A DNA stretch of 57,042 bases from Spartobacteria bacterium (GCA_043758065.1 JAYVOE010000079.1:1-57042), one strand, 5' to 3'. Shown: positions 11,817-22,578, counted from the first letter of the stretch. Program-made: numbers and translations. Notes: generated by a model from the sequence alone, not told the origin.

Positions 11817-11818
11817 TT

Positions 11819-12427
11819 ATGAGTGCAACAGTTTTCACCGTCGAAGCCGCTAAGGCTGCCAACATTCCGGTCATCGAAAATGGACGAGGCACCCAAGCCG
11901 TTCACGAAGCGATTGTCGCCATGCGCGCTGCGCGCCGCAGCGGATCTGCTAACACCAAGACTAAAGCCGAAGTCAGCGGATCGGGTTCCAAACCTTGGCG
12001 TCAGAAAGGCACTGGCCGTGCTCGCGCCGGTTATAAGTCTTCTCCAGTATGGAGCGGTGGTGGCGTAGTCTTTGGTCCCAAGCCTCGTGATTATACAAAG
12101 ACTGTTCCAAAGGCAGTTCGTCGTCTCGCTTTTCAGAAAGCTCTCAGTGCCAAGATCACCGCTGGTGATGTTCTGGTTGTAGATTCTTTTTCTGTGTCCG
12201 AACCCAAGACAAAGCAGTTTGTTTCCCTTCTTGGACAGCAGACATCCGAAGAAAAAGTGCTAGTCATTGCGTTGGCTTTTGATGAAAACACTTACAAAGC
12301 CGCGCGGAATGTTTCCTCGGCTTTGTTAAACACCGCGACCGACGTCAACACCGAGCAGCTCCTGTCGTTCCGCAAGATTGTGATTGTCAAGGATGCGCTC
12401 GCTAAACTCGCTGAAAGGGTCGCCTAA
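11819..12427 (+). CDS. rplD: 50S ribosomal protein L4
   Basis: KPWRQKGTGRARAG, FGPKPR. Confidence 0.98.
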   Translation: MSATVFTVEAAKAANIPVIENGRGTQAVHEAIVAMRAARRSGSANTKTKAEVSGSGSKPWRQKGTGRARAGYKSSPVWSGGGVVFGPKPRDYTKTVPKAVRRLAFQKALSAKITAGDVLVVDSFSVSEPKTKQFVSLLGQQTSEEKVLVIALAFDENTYKAARNVSSALLNTATDVNTEQLLSFRKIVIVKDALAKLAERVA

Positions 12428-12428
12428 T

Positions 12429-12713
12429 ATGAACGAGATCTACGATTTTATCCAAACGGTTCGCTTGACCGAAAAAGCCACGTTGCTTGCAGAAAAAGAG
12501 AACAAATATGTTTTCAGTGTCAGCCCGTCTGCTAACAAGATTCAGATCAAGACCGCCATTGAGAAGCTCTTCGGCAAAAAAGTTGTCAGTGTTAACACGA
12601 TGAACTATGCCGGCAAAAAGAAGCGCGAACGTCGTGCAGATTTTGGCCGCAAAGCCCATTGGAAAAAAGCTGTGGTGACACTTAAGGAGGGCGACAAAAT
12701 TGAGTTGGCTTAG
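12429..12713 (+). CDS. rplW: 50S ribosomal protein L23
   Basis: TEKA, ANKIQIK, WKKAVVTL; ATG at 12429. Confidence 0.97.
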   Translation: MNEIYDFIQTVRLTEKATLLAEKENKYVFSVSPSANKIQIKTAIEKLFGKKVVSVNTMNYAGKKKRERRADFGRKAHWKKAVVTLKEGDKIELA

Positions 12714-12738
12714 AGCCTAATCTCAATCGCACAATACT

Positions 12739-13584
12739 ATGGCACTCAAAACTTTTAGACCGCTTACCCCGGTACAGCGCTTCCAGGCTCTTCCGACGTT
12801 TGACGAAATCACGACGAGCAAGCCCGAAAAGAGCTTGCTCACTACCAAGAAAAAAACTGGTGGACGCAACAATAACGGTCGCATTACCACCCGTCATATC
12901 GGTGGAGGTCACAAAAAAAAGCTTCGTTTGATTGATTTCAAACGCGCGCTCCGCGGAGTTTCTGCAGAGGTAATTTCAATCGAGTACGATCCTAATCGGT
13001 CTGCCCGCATCGCATTACTTTCCTACACCGACGGCGCCAAGGCTTACATTCTCGCACCAATCGGCCTGATAGTTGGCGCGAAAGTTTCGGCCGGTGAAAA
13101 TGCCGCTCCGGAAATTGGCAACGCGCTTCCTTTGAAGACCATCCCGCTCGGCACAACGATTCATAACATTGAATTGGTCCCTGGTCGTGGCGGCCAAATT
13201 GCCCGCAGCGCAGGTCAAGCGGCCGTTTTGAGCAACCGCGAAGGTGGTTACGCCCTCGTTCGGATGCCTTCCGGCGAAGTTCGCCAGATCATTGATGCCT
13301 GCTACGCTACTATCGGCCAGGTGGGAAACATCGATCATATGAACGTCTCCAGTGGTAAAGCGGGTCGCTCACGCTGGTTGGGAATTCGCCCTACTGTCCG
13401 CGGCATGGTTATGAACCCGGTGGATCACCCGAACGGTGGTGGCCAAGGTAAATCCAAAGGCGGTGGCGGACGCCATCATCCGATGAGTCCGTGGGGTCAA
13501 CTCGCGAAGGGTTTCAAGACTCGTCGCAAGCATAAGCCTAGCAATCGGTTCATCGTCGAGCGCCGCAAATCCAAGAAGAAATAA
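12739..13584 (+). CDS. rplB: 50S ribosomal protein L2
   Basis: [25 protein letters not shown]. Confidence 0.99.
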   Translation: MALKTFRPLTPVQRFQALPTFDEITTSKPEKSLLTTKKKTGGRNNNGRITTRHIGGGHKKKLRLIDFKRALRGVSAEVISIEYDPNRSARIALLSYTDGAKAYILAPIGLIVGAKVSAGENAAPEIGNALPLKTIPLGTTIHNIELVPGRGGQIARSAGQAAVLSNREGGYALVRMPSGEVRQIIDACYATIGQVGNIDHMNVSSGKAGRSRWLGIRPTVRGMVMNPVDHPNGGGQGKSKGGGGRHHPMSPWGQLAKGFKTRRKHKPSNRFIVERRKSKKK

Positions 13585-13587
13585 TTT

Positions 13588-13866
13588 ATGGGCAGATCTC
13601 TTAAAAAAGGACCATTCGTTGACGTCAAGCTTCTCGAGAAAATCGATAAGCTCAACGATTCCTCCGTCAAAAAACCGATCAAGACCTGGTCGCGTCGCTC
13701 CATGATTACGCCGGACTTTGTAGGCCATACCTTCCTGGTCCATAACGGTAAAATTTTTGCCTCCGTTTTTGTCACAGAAAACATGGTAGGCCACAAACTT
13801 GGTGAGTTCTCTCCGACTCGTGTCTTTAAAAAACACGGATCGCACACCGCCAAGGTTTCCAAATAG
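13588..13866 (+). CDS. rpsS: 30S ribosomal protein S19
   Basis: [19 protein letters not shown]. Confidence 0.99.
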   Translation: MGRSLKKGPFVDVKLLEKIDKLNDSSVKKPIKTWSRRSMITPDFVGHTFLVHNGKIFASVFVTENMVGHKLGEFSPTRVFKKHGSHTAKVSK

Positions 13867-13917
13867 TTTCGGGTGGCTCCGTTTGCCACTGCTATCTAAC
13901 TCCGCTCAATTTTTCAA

Positions 13918-14706
13918 ATGCGTGGCGTTATTCTGGCAGGGGTTATGGGGTTACTCAGCGAGTGCGGACTGTTTTCACAGACGGTCGACACTCAAAGTTC
14001 TTTCTCAGATACATTTGAATTAGCGGACTCCAAATCGGTCATAGCCGATGCGGTGTCAGACACGGAAGATTTGCTCAAGCAGAATTTGATTCTGAAAGAG
14101 CAGGTCCAATCTCTCTCAGACGCGGTTATTACCGCGAAGAGCGAGTCCGATGCTGCCACGACGGAGAATCGCGAGCTGAAAGCTCGAATCGAAGCACTTG
14201 GTGTAAACGCGATGGGTAACGATCGTTCCAAACTAGAGCAACGACTGATCAAAGCCGTGAGCGACCTAAGTTCGTCGCAGACTGATCTGGCTACCCACAA
14301 GCAAATTTTGGCTGGCCTCACGGAAGCGGTTGTTTCGTTGCTTAAGACGTCGAAGGATGTTTCTCCGGAAGCACGCCTGACGGTGGAAGCCGAACTTAGA
14401 AATGCGAGCCAAAAACTTGGAGTCGACTCTAACTCGGTTGAAAAAGCCGAACCGTCTGCGGTCAGCCTAAATAATGCTCGCGTCATCAGTCTTAAACCAG
14501 AAATCGGTTTGGTTGTAGGAAACATTGGCACTCAGGACTCTGTCAAAGTCGGGATGCCATTCCGAGTCTACGACGGACAGAATCCAATTGCACTGGTGCG
14601 AGTGGTCGATGTCCGTGAAAAGCTGTTCGGCGCTCTAATTCAAGAAACCTTATCTGAAAAAACAACTGTGAAAATCGGGCATCGACTAAAAGTTGCCGCC
14701 AATTAG
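13918..14706 (+). CDS. hypothetical exported coiled-coil protein inserted in the S10 operon
   Basis: Signal-like N-terminus, heptad coiled coil, beta-rich C-terminus (LVVGNIG..VKVGMPF..VRVVDVRE); fills the rpsS-rplV gap. Confidence 0.8.
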   Translation: MRGVILAGVMGLLSECGLFSQTVDTQSSFSDTFELADSKSVIADAVSDTEDLLKQNLILKEQVQSLSDAVITAKSESDAATTENRELKARIEALGVNAMGNDRSKLEQRLIKAVSDLSSSQTDLATHKQILAGLTEAVVSLLKTSKDVSPEARLTVEAELRNASQKLGVDSNSVEKAEPSAVSLNNARVISLKPEIGLVVGNIGTQDSVKVGMPFRVYDGQNPIALVRVVDVREKLFGALIQETLSEKTTVKIGHRLKVAAN

Positions 14707-14716
14707 CCACATCAAC

Positions 14717-15181
14717 ATGCAAGTTAAATCCATTTACAAATACGCGAAAATCTCGGCCTTCAAGGCTCGTGAAGTCACGCGTGAAATTCAAGGTCTGTCA
14801 GTTTCGGCAGCTCTCGACATCGTCACGTTTAGCCCTAAAAAAGCGGCTGGATTGATTGCGAAAACCTTGAAAAGCGCAGTGGCCAATGCGGAAAACAACA
14901 ACGATCTCCGCGCTGAAAACCTGGTCGTGAAAGAAGCGGTTGTAGGTGAAGGCACGACGATCAAACGCTCACGTCCACGGGCTCGCGGCAGTGCCAGCCC
15001 GATTCGTAAGCGCACATCCCACATCCGTATTATTTTAACGGACGAAATTTCCATTCCAGTTAGAGACAAATCTAAGAAATCTACCAAGCCGTCGACGAAA
15101 GCTAAAAAGGCCACTCCCAAAGCTGAGGCCAAACTGGCTGCTGCGAAAATCTCCGAGACTCCTTCAGAAACCAAAGAATAA
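14717..15181 (+). CDS. rplV: 50S ribosomal protein L22 with Lys/Ala-rich C-terminal tail
   Basis: SAVANAENN, RPRARGSA..IRKRTSHI; ATG at 14717. Confidence 0.98.
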   Translation: MQVKSIYKYAKISAFKAREVTREIQGLSVSAALDIVTFSPKKAAGLIAKTLKSAVANAENNNDLRAENLVVKEAVVGEGTTIKRSRPRARGSASPIRKRTSHIRIILTDEISIPVRDKSKKSTKPSTKAKKATPKAEAKLAAAKISETPSETKE

Positions 15182-15187
15182 TTATTT

Positions 15188-15853
15188 ATGGGTCAAAAAG
15201 TTAATCCAATCGGATATCGCCTCGCTCTGAGCCGCGACTGGCGCTCGCGCTGGTATGCCAACCGTCAGGAGTTGCCTGGTTTCTTAAAAGCCGACATTGA
15301 GATTCGCGCTTACGTGAAGAAGAAGCTCGCCCTGGCGGCTGTTTCCAAAATCGTCATCGAGCGCGCCTGGAACAGCATTCGCACTACCATTTATACCGCT
15401 CGTCCAGGCATCGTCATCGGCCGCAAAGGCTCTGAGATCGAAAACATGACCAAAGAGATCGCTGAGATGTCTGGCGGCAAACAGGTCAAAATTGATATTC
15501 AGGAAATTAAAACGCCAGAACTCGATGCACAGCTCGTTGCAGAAAACATCGCTCTGCAAATTGAGCGCCGCATTTCTTTCCGCCGCGCGATGAAGAAAAC
15601 TGTCCAGCAGACGATGGAATTTGGTGCACTAGGAATCAAGGTACGCTGCGCGGGTCGTCTTGGTGGCGCTGAAATCAGTCGCTCAGAGGCTTATCGTGAG
15701 GGAAAAGTTCCTCTCCACACACTGCGTATGCCAATCGATTATGGTTTCGCCGAGGCAAATACTGTTTACGGAAAGATCGGCATCAAATGCTGGATCTGTA
15801 AAAAAGACGAAGCTCCGGTTGCTGAGGCGTCGAAAAAGGAAGCCAGCGTTTAA
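15188..15853 (+). CDS. rpsC: 30S ribosomal protein S3
   Basis: MGQKVNP, GRLGGAEI, VPLHTLR. Confidence 0.99.
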   Translation: MGQKVNPIGYRLALSRDWRSRWYANRQELPGFLKADIEIRAYVKKKLALAAVSKIVIERAWNSIRTTIYTARPGIVIGRKGSEIENMTKEIAEMSGGKQVKIDIQEIKTPELDAQLVAENIALQIERRISFRRAMKKTVQQTMEFGALGIKVRCAGRLGGAEISRSEAYREGKVPLHTLRMPIDYGFAEANTVYGKIGIKCWICKKDEAPVAEASKKEASV

Positions 15854-15867
15854 TTTAAGGAGACTTT

Positions 15868-16290
15868 ATGCCATTGATGCCCAAAAGAGTGAAGTATCGT
15901 AAGACCCAGCGGGGTAGCCGCAAGGGGACTGCTTCACGAAATATTAAAGTCGATTTCGGTGAATTTGCACTGCAGACGCTGGAACGCGCTTGGATTACTA
16001 ACATTCAAATCGAAGCTGCCCGTGTTGCGCTCACCCGCAATATGAAACGCAAGGGTAAGCTCTGGATCCGCATTTTTCCTGATAAGTCAGTGACGGCACG
16101 TCCGCCTGAAACTCGAATGGGTAAGGGTAAGGGACAGCCGGAGTATTGGGTTGCCACGGTTCGTCCAGGCAACATCCTCTTTGAGCTCGATGGAGTTCCT
16201 GAATCGGTGGCACGTGAGTCGCTTCGTTTGGCTGCTACGAAGCTGCCGATTCGCACACGTTTCATTTCGCGTCACCACGTAGCGACCTAA
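15868..16290 (+). CDS. rplP: 50S ribosomal protein L16
   Basis: [17 protein letters not shown]. Confidence 0.99.
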   Translation: MPLMPKRVKYRKTQRGSRKGTASRNIKVDFGEFALQTLERAWITNIQIEAARVALTRNMKRKGKLWIRIFPDKSVTARPPETRMGKGKGQPEYWVATVRPGNILFELDGVPESVARESLRLAATKLPIRTRFISRHHVAT

Positions 16291-16302
16291 CTATTTCACT
16301 GT

Positions 16303-16488
16303 ATGAAAATCAAAGAAGCCCGTGATCTTAGCCCAGATGAGTTGGTTGCTCGTAAATCCGAACTCCGCAAAGAAGCCTTTCAGCTCCGTGTCCAGCAGCA
16401 GACCGGTCAGTTAGAAAAACCGAGTCAGCTAAAAAATATTCGAAAAGATGTGGCTCGCATCGAAACAGCCCTTTCGGAACGCAAATAA
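16303..16488 (+). CDS. rpmC: 50S ribosomal protein L29
   Basis: GQLEKP..IRKDVARIET; operon position. Confidence 0.96.
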   Translation: MKIKEARDLSPDELVARKSELRKEAFQLRVQQQTGQLEKPSQLKNIRKDVARIETALSERK

Positions 16489-16525
16489 CGGTGTATTATC
16501 ACCACCCCAATAATCGACCCGCCAA

Positions 16526-16813
16526 ATGAGCGAATCCCTTTCTACTATCGAAAAACCTGTCGTCGAAAAACACGCTGTCCGTAAGACGCGCGTCGGCCAG
16601 GTGGTTTCCACCAAGGCTGCGAAGACGGCCGTCGTTGAGACGACTGTCCGCGTTCCCCATCCGAAGTTCGGCAAAATCATCAAGCAATCCAAAAAATTCT
16701 ACGTTCATGACGAAGATGGTGCAGCCCAAGTTGGCGATACTGTTGAGATTGTGGAAACCCGTCCCTTGAGCAAGCTGAAACGCTGGCGCCTGGTGTCCGT
16801 CATTAAACACTAA
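16526..16813 (+). CDS. rpsQ: 30S ribosomal protein S17
   Basis: HPKFGK, ETRPLSKLKRW. Confidence 0.98.
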   Translation: MSESLSTIEKPVVEKHAVRKTRVGQVVSTKAAKTAVVETTVRVPHPKFGKIIKQSKKFYVHDEDGAAQVGDTVEIVETRPLSKLKRWRLVSVIKH

Positions 16814-16834
16814 CTCCGCTCACATTTTTTAGGT

Positions 16835-17200
16835 ATGGTCCAGATTAGATCCAGATTAGACGTTGCTGATAACACCGGTGCCCGCATGGCCACTATGATT
16901 GGTGTGATCGGCAAGGCCACCATGACCGCCGAGGTTGGCGATGTCATTACTGCCAACGTGAAGGAAGCGGCTCACAATGGCACTGTCAAAAAAGGCGATG
17001 TTGTTCGTGCAGTCATTGTTCGCACCCGCCAAGCCATTCGTCGTAATGACGGTTCTGCTCTTCGCTTCGATAACAACGCTATTGTTATTATTGACAAAGA
17101 CTTGAACCCACGAGGAACCCGTATCTTTGGTCCCGTGGCTCGTGAGCTGCGTGAGAAAAATTTCATGAAGATCGTTTCTTTAGCTCCGGAGGTTGTATGA
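16835..17200 (+). CDS. rplN: 50S ribosomal protein L14
   Basis: [20 protein letters not shown]. Confidence 0.99.
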   Translation: MVQIRSRLDVADNTGARMATMIGVIGKATMTAEVGDVITANVKEAAHNGTVKKGDVVRAVIVRTRQAIRRNDGSALRFDNNAIVIIDKDLNPRGTRIFGPVARELREKNFMKIVSLAPEVV

Positions 17201-17475
17201 GCGCTTTGAAGACTCACGTTAAGAAAGGCGACGACGTCGTTGTCATTTCTGGAAACCATCGCGGTTCCACAGGTAAAATATTGCAGGTGCTTACCAAAAA
17301 GAACCAAGTGCTTATTGAAGGTGTCCGCCTAATCAAAAAGCACGTTAAGAAATCCCAAGAACATCAAAACGGGGCAATCATTGAGCGTGAGGGTCCATTG
17401 CACATTTCCAACGTGAAACTGGTCACCGCGCCGGTTGTAGAAGCTCCAAAGAAATCTTCGCGGAAGAAAAAATAG
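17197..17475 (+). CDS. rplX: 50S ribosomal protein L24
   Basis: [16 protein letters not shown]. Confidence 0.98.
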   Translation: MSALKTHVKKGDDVVVISGNHRGSTGKILQVLTKKNQVLIEGVRLIKKHVKKSQEHQNGAIIEREGPLHISNVKLVTAPVVEAPKKSSRKKK

Positions 17476-17479
17476 TTTT

Positions 17480-18052
17480 ATGGCCGCTACTCTTTACACA
17501 GAATACAAGGAACGCGTTGTTCCCGCCCTTCAGGCGTCTCGTGGGTATTCTAATATTCATCAGATCCCACGAATTCAGAAAGTGGTCATCAATACCTGCA
17601 TAGCATCCCAGTCGGATGTGAAGCAGGCATTGGAAGATGCCAAGAATGAACTATCGATGATCACTGGTCAAAAGCCGGCTGAAACGATCGCTAAAAAGAG
17701 CATCTCCAACTTCAAGCTCCGTGAAGGTCAGGGTATAGGTGCAAAAGTTACGCTTCGTGGGGATAAGATGTATGAATTCCTAGAGCGTCTCATTCGCACT
17801 GCGCTTCCCCGTATCCGCGATTTTCGTGGAATCTCGGCGAAAGCATTTGATGGGAATGGCAATTATACCTTGGGTGTTCCCGATCAATCGATCTTCCCTG
17901 AGATCGAACTTGACAAGATCAAGCGCAACATTGGATTTGATGTAACCATCGTTACGAGTGCGAAAACCAACGACGAGGCTAAGGCATTGTTAACTGAACT
18001 TGGTGTTCCTTTCACCGACAAGGCGAAGAAGGCTCCTGCAAAAACCGCCTAA
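17480..18052 (+). CDS. rplE: 50S ribosomal protein L5
   Basis: ITGQKP, LPRIRDFRG, FDGNGNY. Confidence 0.99.
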   Translation: MAATLYTEYKERVVPALQASRGYSNIHQIPRIQKVVINTCIASQSDVKQALEDAKNELSMITGQKPAETIAKKSISNFKLREGQGIGAKVTLRGDKMYEFLERLIRTALPRIRDFRGISAKAFDGNGNYTLGVPDQSIFPEIELDKIKRNIGFDVTIVTSAKTNDEAKALLTELGVPFTDKAKKAPAKTA

Positions 18053-18056
18053 TATT

Positions 18057-18455
18057 ATGAGCACTGTTACAGACCCTATCTCTGATTTTCTTACTCGAAT
18101 TCGCAATGCCAGCGCTGCTCGCAAGGCTTTGGTCGAGGCTCCGTATTCCCGAATCAAGGCGGACATTGCCAAGATCTTAAAGGAAGAAGGCTACATCTCG
18201 GATTATTCAGTGGAGACTGAGATCACTCAGGCTCAGATCAAAGTTACCACCAAGTTTGTTAATCGCACCGCAGCGATCACGGGCGTCAAGCGTGTTAGCC
18301 GTCCAGGTTTGCGCAAGTACGTAGGGGCCACTGAAATTCCACGGGTGCTGGGCGGGTTAGGCGTTGCTATCTTATCGACACCCAAAGGTGTGCTGAGTGG
18401 TCAAAAAGCTAAAAAAGAAAATGTTGGCGGCGAAGTTCTCGCTTACATCTGGTAA
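18057..18455 (+). CDS. rpsH: 30S ribosomal protein S8
   Basis: TDPISDFLTRIRNA, SRPGLRKY, GGEVL; ATG at 18057. Confidence 0.99.
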   Translation: MSTVTDPISDFLTRIRNASAARKALVEAPYSRIKADIAKILKEEGYISDYSVETEITQAQIKVTTKFVNRTAAITGVKRVSRPGLRKYVGATEIPRVLGGLGVAILSTPKGVLSGQKAKKENVGGEVLAYIW

Positions 18456-18466
18456 AGGATTTTACA

Positions 18467-19006
18467 ATGTCACGTATCGGAAAAAAAGCAGTCGTTCTTC
18501 CCGCAAAAGTCACCTTCGGAGTCAATCTCGATGGCGGCGTGAGTGTCGAAGGACCGAAAGGTAAGTTGGAGTGGGTTCTGCCCAAGCAGATTAAAGCACG
18601 CGTCGATGGCAGCAATGTGATCATCGACCGAGAAAGTGAGGTTCGCCAAGTCCGAGCTTTACATGGCCTTAGTCGAGCATTGGTTGCCAACATGGTGACG
18701 GGTGTTAGCATTGGCTTTAAAAAAGATCTGGAAATCCAGGGAGTTGGTTTCAAGGCCGCTGTGCAAGGCTCAGTGCTTAACCTAAGTCTCGGTTTTTCTC
18801 ATCCCATTAATTTCCCAATTCCCCAAGGCATCAAGGTAACAGTAACCGAAAATACCAAGATTTCAGTGGAAGGCATCGATCGTCAGTTAGTCGGGCAGGT
18901 CGCGGCCGATATCCGAAACTTCTATCCACCTGAGCCTTATAAGGGCAAAGGCGTTCGCTATGCCGGCGAACAAGTCCTCCGCAAGGAAGGCAAAACTGTC
19001 CAATAA
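18467..19006 (+). CDS. rplF: 50S ribosomal protein L6
   Basis: MSRIGK, PEPYKGKGVRY. Confidence 0.99.
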   Translation: MSRIGKKAVVLPAKVTFGVNLDGGVSVEGPKGKLEWVLPKQIKARVDGSNVIIDRESEVRQVRALHGLSRALVANMVTGVSIGFKKDLEIQGVGFKAAVQGSVLNLSLGFSHPINFPIPQGIKVTVTENTKISVEGIDRQLVGQVAADIRNFYPPEPYKGKGVRYAGEQVLRKEGKTVQ

Positions 19007-19007
19007 T

Positions 19008-19367
19008 ATGTCTGCTCGTAGCAATATCCAACTTCGTCATACCCGCATTCGCAAGCGAATCTCCGGCACTCCAGAGCGTCCGCGTCTTGCGGTCCATTTT
19101 TCTGGGAAAAACGTCTATGCTCAAATCATTGACGACACATTAGGGCAAACCTTGGTTGCTGTTCAGACAACGGAAAAAGCTTTTCGTTCGGAAAACAAAG
19201 CTGTCCACGCTAATCAGGCAATTGCTGAAAAAGTTGGTTCTCTGATCGCTGAACGCAGTAAAGAGAAGAATGTAACTGCGGTCGTTTTTGATCGCGGTGG
19301 TTTTATGTATCACGGCAAAGTCAAAGCCCTCGCCGACGCAGCACGCGCCGGTGGTCTCCAATTTTAA
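19008..19367 (+). CDS. rplR: 50S ribosomal protein L18
   Basis: [20 protein letters not shown]; ATG at 19008. Confidence 0.98.
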   Translation: MSARSNIQLRHTRIRKRISGTPERPRLAVHFSGKNVYAQIIDDTLGQTLVAVQTTEKAFRSENKAVHANQAIAEKVGSLIAERSKEKNVTAVVFDRGGFMYHGKVKALADAARAGGLQF

Positions 19368-19368
19368 T

Positions 19369-19917
19369 ATGCCAAATCCTAATCAAGGTCGCAGAAATGA
19401 TCGTGATCGCGCTGACAAGGGCGGTCCGAAGTCTGACACCACTGAAAAAGTTGTTTTCATCAATCGATGCGCGAAGGTCGTTAAAGGCGGTCGTCGTTTT
19501 AGCTTTAGCGCGCTCATTGTCGCTGGCGATCACAAGGGCAAAGTGGGCTGTGGATTTGGCAAAGCCAATGAAGTCTCCGAAGCTATTCGAAAGGCTTCCG
19601 ACGCAGCGCGCAAGTCCATGGTTGCCGTCGCTCTTCGCGAGAATTCGATCCCGCATGAAGTCATCGGTGAATACGGTGGAGGTCGAGTCCTTTTGCGCCC
19701 GGCATCTCCTGGAACTGGGATCATTGCTGGTGGCGGGGTTCGGGCCGTCGTTGAAGCAGCCGGGATCAAGGACGTGCTTGCCAAGTCTCTTGGTTCCGAT
19801 AACCACGCCAACGTCGTCAAGGCAACCATCGAAGCGCTCCTCGCTCTGCGCCAGAAAGATCAAATTTTGACCCTGCGCGGCATTAAAACCTCCGCTCCGG
19901 AAGTCGCAGCTGTCTAA
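19369..19917 (+). CDS. rpsE: 30S ribosomal protein S5
   Basis: [19 protein letters not shown]; ATG at 19369. Confidence 0.98.
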   Translation: MPNPNQGRRNDRDRADKGGPKSDTTEKVVFINRCAKVVKGGRRFSFSALIVAGDHKGKVGCGFGKANEVSEAIRKASDAARKSMVAVALRENSIPHEVIGEYGGGRVLLRPASPGTGIIAGGGVRAVVEAAGIKDVLAKSLGSDNHANVVKATIEALLALRQKDQILTLRGIKTSAPEVAAV

Positions 19918-19928
19918 CCTTTATTCTC

Positions 19929-20390
19929 ATGCAACTCCACACCATGAAGCCCCGTCCGGGCTCTCGTCATCGCACCAAACGCCTCGGTATTGGCGAAAGC
20001 AGCGGCCACGGCAAGACTAGCGGTAAAGGTCACAAAGGCCAAAAGGCACGTTCCGGCGGAAGTATTCGTCTCGGTTTTGAGGGCGGTCAGATGCCATTGA
20101 TCCGTCGTTTGCCAAAACGCGGCTTCAACAACGCCAATTTCAAAAAGAACTACGCAATCGTCAATCTTGATGACTTGGCAGTTTTTGACGAGGGATCGTC
20201 AGTGAATGAAGCTTCGTTGCTGGAGAAAAAACTGATTCGCGGAAAGTACGTTGGTTTAAAAGTTCTGGCTCGTGGCGAGATTTCCAAAAAACTCGTCATT
20301 GAAGCGGACAAAGTGACTGACGCTGCCCGTGCTAAAATCGAAGCTGCTGGGGGTTCCGTCACGATTCGGAGCGGTGCGGCCGCCAAGTAA
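19929..20390 (+). CDS. rplO: 50S ribosomal protein L15
   Basis: GKGHKGQKARSG, FEGGQMPL.RRLPKRGF. Confidence 0.99.
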   Translation: MQLHTMKPRPGSRHRTKRLGIGESSGHGKTSGKGHKGQKARSGGSIRLGFEGGQMPLIRRLPKRGFNNANFKKNYAIVNLDDLAVFDEGSSVNEASLLEKKLIRGKYVGLKVLARGEISKKLVIEADKVTDAARAKIEAAGGSVTIRSGAAAK

Positions 20391-20416
20391 TCGCGGTCGG
20401 TCCTCTTCAAGCGTCG

Positions 20417-21925
20417 ATGATTTCCGCGTTCGTTAACATTTTCAAAATCCCGGAGCTCAAGCAGCGTGTGCTTTTCACGTTGTGGATGCTGGTAATCGTC
20501 CGCATTGGTGCGGCGATCACGACTCCAGGCGTCAATGCTCACGTCTTGCACGAATGGTTCCGGACGGCCGTGGATCCTCAAGCCGGGGGAAACGTAGCAG
20601 CGCTGTTTAGCTTGTTTAGCGGTGGAGCGTTGGAAAACTGCGCGATTTTTTCGTTGGGTGTGATGCCCTACATTAGCGCTTCCATCATGATCCAACTGCT
20701 TACGGCAGTGGTTCCCCAATTAGGAAAGTTGGCGCGTGAAGATGGCGGCCGCCAAAAAATTACCCAATACACGCGGTATGCGACGCTGATTCTTTGCATT
20801 TTTCAAGGCTATCTCCTCTCGCTATCATTCATTAATCCCGAGACGAGTCCTTTCCTCCCAGGCATTGCCGATACAATTCGTCGCGTTGGGCCTCTGGTTA
20901 TCTTCCCAAGCGCTTGGGGTTTTTCGGCTATTACGGTGATTACACTGACAGCAGGGACGATGCTTTTGATGTGGATTGGCGATCAAATCACGGAGCGTGG
21001 AATTGGTAACGGGATGTCAATGATCATCACAGTCGGAATCGCGGCCAGACTCCCGGCTGCCATGGTTCAGGCGTGGAAAACCTTTGTCCCGTCCGAGCCT
21101 GGACAGGCCAGCCAGGTAACGCCGTTTTTGCTGGTTGTTATGGTCCTTTTCCTCGTCTTGGTAATCGCTGGTGTTATCGCGATCACTCAGGCCCAACGAA
21201 AAATTAGCGTTCAATATGCCAAGCGTGTGGTGGGTCGGAAAGTTTACGGCGGGCAAACTCAATATATGCCGCTCAAAGTCAATTACGCGGGTGTGATGCC
21301 GATTATTTTCGCGCAAGCTATCCTTCTCTTCCCGAGTTCCATTTTGGGCTTTTTATTCAAGGGCCAAAGCTGGGCACTTAATCTGTCGCAAATGTTGGTG
21401 GATGGATGGCTGCATTACACGTTGTTCGCTGCGATGATCTTTTTCTTCAGCTATTTCTGGGTCGCAACCCAGTTCCAGCCGAATCAAATTGCAGACGACT
21501 TAAAGAAATATGGCGGCTACATCCCAGGCGTTCGTCCAGGTAAGCCGACGGCCGAGTTTCTTGATTTCACTATGAGTCGGCTCACTTTTGCTGGTGCGAT
21601 CTTCCTAACGCTGATCGCGATTTTTCCCCAAATTTTGATGGAGGCCATGCACGTCCCGCGGGTCGTTGCGGGCTTCTTTGGCGGAACCAGCCTGCTCATT
21701 CTGGTCGGCGTCATGCTCGACACCATGCGCCAGGTGGAAACACATCTTATCCAACGGCATTACGACGGATTTTTGCGCAAGGGTAAAATACGCGGTCGCT
21801 TTGAACGTGCCGCCTACAACAAAGGCACCACCATCAACGACAGCACCATGGTCTGGCTCTCGACCTCCATGGCCGTGCTGGTCCTGGTCGCGGTCGTGAT
21901 CTTGTTGTTCCTCCAAAGCAAATAA
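20417..21925 (+). CDS. secY: preprotein translocase SecY
   Basis: LGVMPYISASI, GIGNG, IPGVRPG, GGTSLLI, YDGF; extra hydrophobic C-terminal segment. Confidence 0.99.
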   Translation: MISAFVNIFKIPELKQRVLFTLWMLVIVRIGAAITTPGVNAHVLHEWFRTAVDPQAGGNVAALFSLFSGGALENCAIFSLGVMPYISASIMIQLLTAVVPQLGKLAREDGGRQKITQYTRYATLILCIFQGYLLSLSFINPETSPFLPGIADTIRRVGPLVIFPSAWGFSAITVITLTAGTMLLMWIGDQITERGIGNGMSMIITVGIAARLPAAMVQAWKTFVPSEPGQASQVTPFLLVVMVLFLVLVIAGVIAITQAQRKISVQYAKRVVGRKVYGGQTQYMPLKVNYAGVMPIIFAQAILLFPSSILGFLFKGQSWALNLSQMLVDGWLHYTLFAAMIFFFSYFWVATQFQPNQIADDLKKYGGYIPGVRPGKPTAEFLDFTMSRLTFAGAIFLTLIAIFPQILMEAMHVPRVVAGFFGGTSLLILVGVMLDTMRQVETHLIQRHYDGFLRKGKIRGRFERAAYNKGTTINDSTMVWLSTSMAVLVLVAVVILLFLQSK

Positions 21926-21933
21926 TCGCCGTC

Positions 21934-22578
21934 GTGAAGCGTCGGCTTGTTTTGCTCGGTCCGCCCGCTTCTGGAAAAGGAACCCAGGCGCAATTGATTT
22001 TTGCGAAATATCAGATTCCGGCTGTTTCCACGGGTCATCTTTTGCGTGACGAAGCGGCGGCAGCAACCGATCTCGGCCAGCAAGCGGCCTCCTACACATC
22101 GAAAGGGCAACTCGCTCCCGATGATTTGGTCATGGCGGTGTTGCAGAAATGGCTGGGCAGTGGCCGCGACTCATTTGTGTTCGATGGATTTCCCCGAACG
22201 TTGGAGCAAGCGGTTCATCTGAAGCCCCTCTTAGAGAACGCGCAGATACCGTTGGAACTCGTCTTGTTTTTGGAATGTGACCTCGCCACGATTGAGCAGC
22301 GCGTCCGCGGTCGTGTGACCTGTTCTGGCTGCAAATCGATATTTTTGATTGGCCTGCACGTGTCGTCGATCGATCAACCTTGCCCGAGCTGCGGAGGAAC
22401 GCTCGTGCGCCGAGCTGATGATGAACCGGAAGTTCTGGCGCATCGCATGGTGCAATATGCGGAGAAGACGGCGCCGCTGATCGAATTTTATCGAGCCGAA
22501 GGTCTCCTGCGAAAAATTCATGCGAGTCAGAATGCAATGGACGTTTTCTCGGAAATCGAAACTGCGTTGAAATCATGA
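21934..22578 (+). CDS. adk: adenylate kinase (zinc-lid type)
   Basis: GPPASGKGTQ, DGFPRT, CxxC..CxxC lid, RADD. Confidence 0.96.
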   Translation: MKRRLVLLGPPASGKGTQAQLIFAKYQIPAVSTGHLLRDEAAAATDLGQQAASYTSKGQLAPDDLVMAVLQKWLGSGRDSFVFDGFPRTLEQAVHLKPLLENAQIPLELVLFLECDLATIEQRVRGRVTCSGCKSIFLIGLHVSSIDQPCPSCGGTLVRRADDEPEVLAHRMVQYAEKTAPLIEFYRAEGLLRKIHASQNAMDVFSEIETALKS

